Source: a bacterium (GTDB lineage Bacteria; Chlamydiota; Chlamydiia; Chlamydiales; 2-12-FULL-49-11). From it: a stretch of 64,000 nucleotides of DNA. The notes below the pieces were generated by a model. That model ran no database searches, had not been told where the DNA came from, and worked only from the letters and a program-made list of their open reading frames with translations. The stretch lies in contig JAJZEO010000072.1 in assembly GCA_021847505.1 (NCBI GenBank), positions 4,417 through 68,416 of the forward strand. Reading direction: 5' to 3'. Position numbers and translations under genes: made by a program. Shown in pieces: positions 58,132 to 64,000 of this stretch; the first letter of the stretch is position 1; every line of letters starts with the position of its first letter.

Positions 58132-59252
58132 AAGTTAAGAAAAGATCTGGTTCAAATCTTACTCTCGAATCTATTAGAGAAGTCGACGGGATATTTGGGC
58201 ATCCCTCAAAGCAATTTAAGACAATACACGTTAGTGGGACCAATGGGAAGGGGAGTGTGAGCACAATGATTGCCACGACTCTCACCTCACAAGGCTATAA
58301 AACAGCTCTTTATACTTCACCCCACATTAGCACATTTAGAGAAAGAATGACCATTGATGGAGAGATGATCTCTGAGGCCGATGCTCTTTCTCTACTTAAT
58401 GAGATTTTAGAAGTTTCTAAACGGATCACTTTCTTTGAAGTGATGACAATTATGGCCTTTCTTTATTTTCAACGACAACAGGTCGATTTTGCTGTCATAG
58501 AAGTAGGGATGGGAGGAGGCTTGGATGCTACAGCGATCATAGAGCCCATTGTTTCGATATTGACTAACATCACCCCTGATCACCTTGAAATTTTGGGGCC
58601 TACTCTCGATGACGTAGCACGATCCAAAGCAGGTATCATAAAAGAAAATGTGCCCGTTGTCCTGGGGCCAAGAGCGGTAAGAAATCCCGTCTTAGCTAAA
58701 GCTTTTCTAGAAAATGCCCCCATACATTTTGTCAGAGAATTTGATAGCTATTATGAAGAAAATCAAGCGATTGCAGAGCAAGCTCTAAAGTTAATCCTTC
58801 CCCAAACTAATTTTAGACTCTCGACGAAGATCCCTCCCTGCCGATTTGAGATTCATACCATTGATGAGTTAACTTGCATCTTTGATGTTGCGCATAACAT
58901 CGACGGGCTTGAGCGCCTCTTCAGGCGAATTAGACAAACTTTCCCAGAAAGAAAGGTCTTCACGATCTTTGCCATTTCAAAGAGTAAGGACCTCGAAAAA
59001 ATGCTGCCCGTTCTTGCTAGAGAAAGTAGCGCCCTTCACTATTTAGAAAACCTCCACCCCCGGTTGGCTACGAGGGAAGAAATCGAACATTACGGTTTTC
59101 CCCTCGATAATTCTGAAATAGAGCTCTTCCTTGAAAAAGCAAGAGAAGAAAAGGGCATTGTACTGATTACCGGGACATTTTTTATCATGAGTCAAATGAA
59201 AAGACACTTTGGCCTAGAAAAAATCACAGACCCTATTCTTCTGTATGATTAA
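58116..59252 (+). CDS. folC: Folylpolyglutamate synthase/dihydrofolate synthase (Mur ligase family)
   Basis: 378 aa with the P-loop HVSGTNGKGS, EVGMGGGLDAT and ITPDHLE. Confidence 0.88.
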   Translation: METYLKVKKRSGSNLTLESIREVDGIFGHPSKQFKTIHVSGTNGKGSVSTMIATTLTSQGYKTALYTSPHISTFRERMTIDGEMISEADALSLLNEILEVSKRITFFEVMTIMAFLYFQRQQVDFAVIEVGMGGGLDATAIIEPIVSILTNITPDHLEILGPTLDDVARSKAGIIKENVPVVLGPRAVRNPVLAKAFLENAPIHFVREFDSYYEENQAIAEQALKLILPQTNFRLSTKIPPCRFEIHTIDELTCIFDVAHNIDGLERLFRRIRQTFPERKVFTIFAISKSKDLEKMLPVLARESSALHYLENLHPRLATREEIEHYGFPLDNSEIELFLEKAREEKGIVLITGTFFIMSQMKRHFGLEKITDPILLYD

Positions 59253-60069
59253 GAAGATCTAGGTCCTTGAAAATGCGATGAATCTCTACGATGGTGGGAT
59301 AAGGAGATTCGTCCATGTAATAATCGGTCAACTCATGAGCATAACCCAATATTCCCTGAATGGTACGAAGTCTTTGCTCTTTAGATTGAACTTCGTCTAA
59401 ACACCCTCTCGTCATCGAAAGGTGGAACACGATTTCTTTACGTGTCTCTTCAGAAAATGAGTTTTTCAAACTATCCTGAAACTCATCCATTTGCTCATTA
59501 TACAAAAGCTGAGCCAATGCATAGAGAGCTTCAGCTAGATCGAACATTTCTAGCGTCACTTCTTTGGATTTAAACGACTCGATGGAAATTACCTTTTTTA
59601 ATCGACCATTCTTACCTCGAATAAGAACTGGTTCCCGTTTTTCCGCTTTTGCCAAACAAGCCCTAGCAAAGCGAAGGAATTTCGAGTTGGTTTTAGAAGG
59701 CCTGTGAGATTGGATAAAATCATCGATTCTATCCCGCAGTTTATTTGTCTCGAAAGAAAGGCGGTCTTGAGGATAGTCGGGGCTTTCATTAGCAAGGGTT
59801 TCGGCGTCCTCGGCGAGGGCGATGACATCCCGTCTTACGCCAAGGTGGTGACAACGCCCCTCAAGGTCGTGAACCAATTCCAGTTGTTTTTCAAGAAATT
59901 TTTTACATGAAATATCTGATGTTTCTAACGCCTTATTGATAGAAAGGTCGATTTTTTCAAGCTGAAGAGAAAATTGTTCTAACATTTCCTTTTCAGGAAG
60001 AAATCGTTTCTTCAAAAGGGCTTTAATGGCGTCTAGGTCACCTTGGTGATTGATAAGCTGCGTTGACAT
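59233..60069 (-). CDS. Hypothetical helical protein (orphan)
   Basis: 278-aa ORF that is co-directional with the 857-aa ORF and 95 bp downstream of it. It converges on folC with a 20-nt overlap. No motif recognised. Confidence 0.5.
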   Translation of the reverse strand: MSTQLINHQGDLDAIKALLKKRFLPEKEMLEQFSLQLEKIDLSINKALETSDISCKKFLEKQLELVHDLEGRCHHLGVRRDVIALAEDAETLANESPDYPQDRLSFETNKLRDRIDDFIQSHRPSKTNSKFLRFARACLAKAEKREPVLIRGKNGRLKKVISIESFKSKEVTLEMFDLAEALYALAQLLYNEQMDEFQDSLKNSFSEETRKEIVFHLSMTRGCLDEVQSKEQRLRTIQGILGYAHELTDYYMDESPYPTIVEIHRIFKDLDLLNHTEE

Positions 60070-60164
60070 GATTTTACCGGGGTCCCAACATAATCAATTA
60101 TATGAAAGCAAAGTAAAAATGTCAATTGACTAATTAAGGCCCAAGAGGCCAGATTGTAAAATTA

Positions 60165-62738
60165 TTATTTTAACGCTTTGGGGCGTTCCTTGGGTAAACG
60201 ATGGGCAGTTTCTAGGACCGTGCGATCTTTAGCCCTATTTTTTTGCCGCCTAGTATTCAAGGCTGTCGCATAGGCATCGGCACCTTGTAAGAGATCTGAG
60301 GGTCGCCCTCCAGTCGTCGCCCGTATGGGAAGAAGTTTGACCGAATTCTGCGTAAATGATTCATTCCCTGAATGGGGGTGATGAAGGCTTAGAAAACTGG
60401 CGGCATCATCGATCGATTTGAAGGAAATCTTAAAGGCACGATCATAATCACTCTGATCAGTTGAGGAGACAGTGGGATTAAGACCATGAGAATCCACAAT
60501 AGTAAAAAGGTATTGTTCTTCTCCTGTTTTTTCAATTACGAGAGCATAAATCGTAATTCCATTTTGAATAAAACCACCCACTTTGCTGGGAGTCTCGTGA
60601 ATAAGTCCGGCAAGCCTCATTAAAAGATCTTTGTAAATCCCTCTTTCTTGACCTTCGACTAGTGAGATTCCTTGAATAAATTCATCTTGTAAAAAGCCCA
60701 TGTTTGTAACCAATGGGACGACATCATCCTCGAAATTAAGCATGTGATTTGTTGTCAAACCACCAAGCTCAGGAGGTACTACTCGATAATACAAATATTC
60801 AGCCTCATCCATGATTTGATCAAATTCGAATTTCTTTCCGGGAGTCAGTAAGTAGACCAAAGCTAAGGCTGCGTAGCAAGAGCAAGCACAATTCGTGGGA
60901 GAGGCCTCTAATGGAGAATCTTTTGGAGGTTTCTGAGGCCACCAATTTCTTTCTCTTGATTGGGTAGGGCGATTAAATTGTGAATAGGCATGTAGTTGAA
61001 GTTGGCCCACTTCCTTTAATCTTTGGAATTCTCTTTTTTTAAAGTCTAATTGTTTTCTTTCAATTTGGCCTATCAATGGGGTAAATCTCGGGTTAAATGT
61101 GCTAACCCGTAATCGAAGCACTGCAGTTGTCGATGAAGGGTTTTGTTGCAATGCAGTGATAAATTGGGGATATCTGACTTGATCTCCAAAAAATTGCATT
61201 TGAAATAACCCCTTCAGGGTGCGATGGATGATGGCTTGGATGTTTTCTTGCTCTTTTTTAAGGAGAGCTCTTGATGCCGGGTCTCTCGAGCTAGTATAAT
61301 TTGAAAATAGCCCGACTGTTGTTTTGACTAATTGGGAGAGAATTAGGGCAAGAGTAGGAGCATCGATTATTTTTCCCCGATCACCAGAATAGAACAGCTG
61401 TTCATTCGTCGTTAGTCTTTTCTCAACACCAGCTAAATCAATGGCGGTTTTTGGTTCTGGTTCTAGTGGAGGCATACGCTTTGTAAAATCATCAGCGCGA
61501 ATTTGTATAAGTGTAAAGATTTCTGGTTGATCACGTCTTTCAATTTCGAAAAATTGATTTGCGAATTCAAGTGTGTAGGCAAAAGTAAATCGAACAAAAA
61601 GATTGGGAAACCCCTGTTTTGCATAGCTTTCTGTAATAGCTAAGAAAATCTGAAGATCATTTGTTAGTGAAATCAGTAGAGATAGATTGTCTCCATGCGT
61701 CACCTCTCTTTGAGAAAGCAGCTTAAGAAGCGAGGGCAATTGATCAAGAAAAAATAGAGCCGCCTCAGAATACAACATATTGAGAGGAGGAGTCATTTCT
61801 TGAGTTTTCAAGAGTTCTGAGTAATTTCGTAATACAACTGCAGCGAAATAACCAAGAGGGCAAGGGCGGGTAATCTCTTTAGCAAACAACATTTCGGCCT
61901 GGGGATGGAGAAATAGCAGACGAACTATCGTGAGGAGCTCATGGCCCTCTAATTGTTCAGCACCTTCGATAAGCACTAGAATAGCTTTCGAGTAAAGCTC
62001 CTGGATCTTGCCACTAGTTTCTTTATCCGATGCGAATCCATCTAGATCTTTCTGATCAAGCGCTAAGAATCTTTTCACTAAAGGCAAAGGATTGGTAGCC
62101 TTTGTGTACTCAAGGAGTTCTTTTCTAGCTTGAGGTTGGGTGTACTTTGCTGAGGTTGGGAATGAAATTTGTGGCTTTGGAATTTTAGAAGCACTTGAGG
62201 AAGGCGGTGGTAAACTCTCGGATGGTCCGGGAGGCGTTGGCGCTTTAACAACTCTAACTCTTGTTTTTTTTCTAGCAATTAAGAACATGGAAATTGGTTT
62301 TCCAAAGAGGTCTCTCTCTTCCGACTGTTCAAGAGGAGAGTCTAATTTCGTCTCGCTAAGGATCTTTTGCAGAGAGGTGACGAAATCTTTCTTCCCTGCC
62401 GAAGCATGTTTTTCGAGGTCTTTATAGCTGACGGATAAAATTGCATGAAGACCCTTTGAGATTTCGAACAAATCAGAAAATTTATCATGAATAGATTGAA
62501 TAAGATGGTCTAGATAAACCTCCCCGGATTCTCTTGTCTCTTGTTGGAGACTCAACTTCATTTGTACGGCTTGCGAAATTTGATCACAAAGAACCGCAAT
62601 CTCATGCTCAGCTTTGGTTCGGGGATACTTTTTTTCATTTGCGATTGTTGCTTCCACAGCAGCAACTTGCTGTTCTAGGGCTTGGAGAGCCTCTCTAGAT
62701 CTAGCTATAAGGGCAGGGGTAGAAGAAAGACTGTCCAT
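60165..62738 (-). CDS. Large hypothetical protein: coiled-coil N-terminus, Pro/Ser-rich linker, helical middle and C-terminal Cys...Asp-x-His peptidase-like module
   Basis: 857 aa. The linker is VKAPTPPGPSESLPPPSSSASKIPKPQ. The candidate nucleophile is in PTNCACSCYAALALVY (Cys codon 60888-60890). About 134 residues later comes a strand-turn YLFTIVDSHGL (His codon 60486-60488). The order and spacing fit a papain-like UBL protease (UfSP/C78-like D-x-H, or OTU-like). Confidence 0.55.
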   Translation of the reverse strand: MDSLSSTPALIARSREALQALEQQVAAVEATIANEKKYPRTKAEHEIAVLCDQISQAVQMKLSLQQETRESGEVYLDHLIQSIHDKFSDLFEISKGLHAILSVSYKDLEKHASAGKKDFVTSLQKILSETKLDSPLEQSEERDLFGKPISMFLIARKKTRVRVVKAPTPPGPSESLPPPSSSASKIPKPQISFPTSAKYTQPQARKELLEYTKATNPLPLVKRFLALDQKDLDGFASDKETSGKIQELYSKAILVLIEGAEQLEGHELLTIVRLLFLHPQAEMLFAKEITRPCPLGYFAAVVLRNYSELLKTQEMTPPLNMLYSEAALFFLDQLPSLLKLLSQREVTHGDNLSLLISLTNDLQIFLAITESYAKQGFPNLFVRFTFAYTLEFANQFFEIERRDQPEIFTLIQIRADDFTKRMPPLEPEPKTAIDLAGVEKRLTTNEQLFYSGDRGKIIDAPTLALILSQLVKTTVGLFSNYTSSRDPASRALLKKEQENIQAIIHRTLKGLFQMQFFGDQVRYPQFITALQQNPSSTTAVLRLRVSTFNPRFTPLIGQIERKQLDFKKREFQRLKEVGQLQLHAYSQFNRPTQSRERNWWPQKPPKDSPLEASPTNCACSCYAALALVYLLTPGKKFEFDQIMDEAEYLYYRVVPPELGGLTTNHMLNFEDDVVPLVTNMGFLQDEFIQGISLVEGQERGIYKDLLMRLAGLIHETPSKVGGFIQNGITIYALVIEKTGEEQYLFTIVDSHGLNPTVSSTDQSDYDRAFKISFKSIDDAASFLSLHHPHSGNESFTQNSVKLLPIRATTGGRPSDLLQGADAYATALNTRRQKNRAKDRTVLETAHRLPKERPKALK

Positions 62739-62798
62739 GGACTACCTAGTAGGTGTTAAAGGAAATATTATAACTTATTTAAAGTTAATTGTATATAA

Positions 62799-63362
62799 TT
62801 ACGTTCTATATTTGATTATAAGCAAACTGGGGGATTTAGAGCTATTAGGTCTATAATGGTGAGAAAGTCCATAAGTCTCATTAGATAGAGCTGAAGCCCA
62901 GTTTAAAATGGTTTGGGCCTCAAAAAGCCCCTCATGATGGCCTGGGTAGAGCATAACAGAAATCAGCCCCCCAGGCAAAAGTCGTTTTAATGCACTTTCC
63001 AGGCTCACTATACTTGTTGGCGAAAGGGTTTTAATCGATTTATCGCTTCCTGGAAGGTAGCCAAGATTATAGACGATTAGGTTGGCTAAGGGGAGCTGAG
63101 AGGGGAGGGGCGCATGGCTCATATGTAGTAGAGTGACTCGACTGCGGTGGGCTGGGGGTAAATTTTCTGAGATCAAGGCCTCTGTTCGATCGATCGCCTC
63201 CTTTTGGATGTCTATACCATAGACCAGGCCCGCTTGATCCCTTAAACAAGTTTCAGCTAAAAATAAGGTGTCATTCCCTGCCCCACAGGTAGCATCGACC
63301 GCAATATCCCCCGGTTTTAAGTGGTTTTTCCAAAAGTACCGAGCTAAAGAGATGTGATCCAT
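62799..63362 (-). CDS. SAM-dependent methyltransferase, YtqB/MnmM-like (PF06962-type)
   Basis: 187 aa with the SAM motif VDATCGAGNDTLFLA, then NLGYLPGSDKSI and MLYPGHHEG, characteristic of this small MTase family. Confidence 0.75.
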   Translation of the reverse strand: MDHISLARYFWKNHLKPGDIAVDATCGAGNDTLFLAETCLRDQAGLVYGIDIQKEAIDRTEALISENLPPAHRSRVTLLHMSHAPLPSQLPLANLIVYNLGYLPGSDKSIKTLSPTSIVSLESALKRLLPGGLISVMLYPGHHEGLFEAQTILNWASALSNETYGLSHHYRPNSSKSPSLLIIKYRT

Positions 63363-63470
63363 AAACGAGTGGGGGTATTATTCAATTTGTTCTTGATAGA
63401 AAATCATGTGTAGTATAACCTTGGCCAAGTTTTTTTCAAGTGTGATCATTCATTGTGGTCCTAAAAACTC

Positions 63471-63544
63471 GGGGTATTAGCTCAGTTGGTTAGAGCGCCA
63501 CGTTGACATCGTGGAGGTCAGCTGTTCGAGTCAGCTATATCCCA
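63471..63544 (+). tRNA. tRNA-Val (anticodon GAC)
   Basis: The 74-nt cloverleaf has acceptor GGGGTAT/ATATCCC (one G-U), D-arm AGCTCAGTTGGTTAGAGC and anticodon stem CCACG/CGTGG with loop TTGACAT. The T-arm is TCAGC-TGTTCGAG-TCAGCT-like (GTTCGAG). The discriminator is A and no CCA is encoded. Confidence 0.93.
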
Positions 63545-64000
63545 ATGAATCAAGCACAGAGACAAAAATGGCAAACGGCTGCAGAGCTGTTTGCCATGTC
63601 CATCCTAGAAGTCTGCCCTAAAATTATTTTTAAAACCATTAGAGCTGACTTCCTCGGTTTTACTTGTGAGTTCCTCCACCCCGAAAATCTTCACAAAAAT
63701 CATCTTGAGGTAGCTATCCAGCTTTTAAAGGAGCGGATTCAGAAAGGGGTAAAAATCGAAGTATTGGAAATGTATTCACCCAATGTGGTTGATTATATGA
63801 AATACCTTAAACAACCTTTGAGGGCAAAGGCAGTCGACTGCTCCAAGCAATTTACCCATGTAGTCCGGATTGATGACCGGTATGCTGATGTTCTTGATGG
63901 CCCCCTTGACCCAGACCTTGATTCGATAAAAGCTATTGAGATTGAGCCGCCCACCCTTGTCGGAGAAGCTTTATTTCACAAGAAGATGGCCCCCCTTTTT
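63545..64000 (+). CDS. thrS: Threonyl-tRNA-synthetase-like N-terminal (N2/second-additional-domain-like) region, partial, runs off the window
   Basis: A manually translated open frame of 152 codons starts at the ATG directly after the tRNA (MNQAQRQKWQTAAELFAMSILEVCPK...DVLDGPLDPDLDSIKAIEIE...). The pattern resembles the ThrRS N2 domain (..A.LLA.A+..L.P ... D+C.GPH....IKAFKL). The start is uncertain (next Met at 63596). Confidence 0.45.
   Translation, partial: MNQAQRQKWQTAAELFAMSILEVCPKIIFKTIRADFLGFTCEFLHPENLHKNHLEVAIQLLKERIQKGVKIEVLEMYSPNVVDYMKYLKQPLRAKAVDCSKQFTHVVRIDDRYADVLDGPLDPDLDSIKAIEIEPPTLVGEALFHKKMAPLF

Noticed and set aside
60121-60150. Short palindromes (GTCAATTGAC; GGCC-caaga-GGCC) downstream of the 857-aa ORF, considered as a possible terminator
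   Set aside because: The stems are only 4-5 bp and there is no convincing U-tract on the minus strand, so this is too weak to annotate.
63393-63419. Possible promoter for tRNA-Val (TTGATA ... TATAAC)
   Set aside because: The spacer is only 15 nt and alternative -10 choices are worse. It is not convincing without transcript mapping.

Overview
The window is a gene-dense chromosomal segment that is moderately AT-rich by eye. About 60 CDS and one tRNA are packed with short or overlapping junctions. I found no rRNA, CRISPR array, IS element or transposase. The content and local gene order point to a member of the phylum Chlamydiae outside the Chlamydiaceae. The supporting blocks are valS-pknD, glgX divergent from an Slc1/CT043-type type III secretion chaperone, tandem CNNM/CorC genes followed by a NifS-like gene and a PP2C phosphatase, and SpoIID, MurB and FtsB-like genes. 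A complete classical menaquinone (men) operon is also present.

Most of the window is housekeeping:
- Translation: valS, trpS, typA, tRNA-Val and a thrS-like 5' end.
- DNA metabolism: ruvB, dcd, dnaA, gyrB, gyrA, tmk, holB, a DciA/DUF721-like gene and a DEDD exonuclease.
- Envelope, division and membrane: spoIID, murB, an ftsB-like gene, yidC, mgtA and two CNNM transporters.
- Other metabolism and transcription: glgX, folC and nusB.
- Menaquinone: an operon with the order ubiE-menF-menD-menH-[DegT-like]-[Gfo/Idh/MocA]-menB-menA-menC-menE-mgtA.

The observations most worth a second look:
1. A ~173-bp GC-rich imperfect palindrome with 26-bp near-perfect terminal inverted repeats sits in frame inside menA. 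It adds about 57 residues to a conserved loop, which resembles the behaviour of Rickettsia palindromic elements.
2. A tandem pair of orphan paralogues follows trpS. The second copy carries a His...Asn-Cys signature with permuted papain-fold spacing (LRAT/NlpC-P60 or PPPDE-like) and a C-terminal TM helix.
3. An 857-aa orphan has a proline-rich linker and a C-terminal Cys...Asp-x-His peptidase-like module. It is a candidate deubiquitinase or UBL protease effector.
4. A signal-peptide-bearing homologue of the N-terminal glycosyltransferase domain of lysyl hydroxylase (PLOD/LH3) is coupled to a small beta-barrel OMP.
5. A sugar-type oxidoreductase/aminotransferase pair is embedded in the men operon.
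6. Three consecutive small helical ORFs share a repeated module.

All functional calls come from reading motifs in the supplied translations. No database search was possible.
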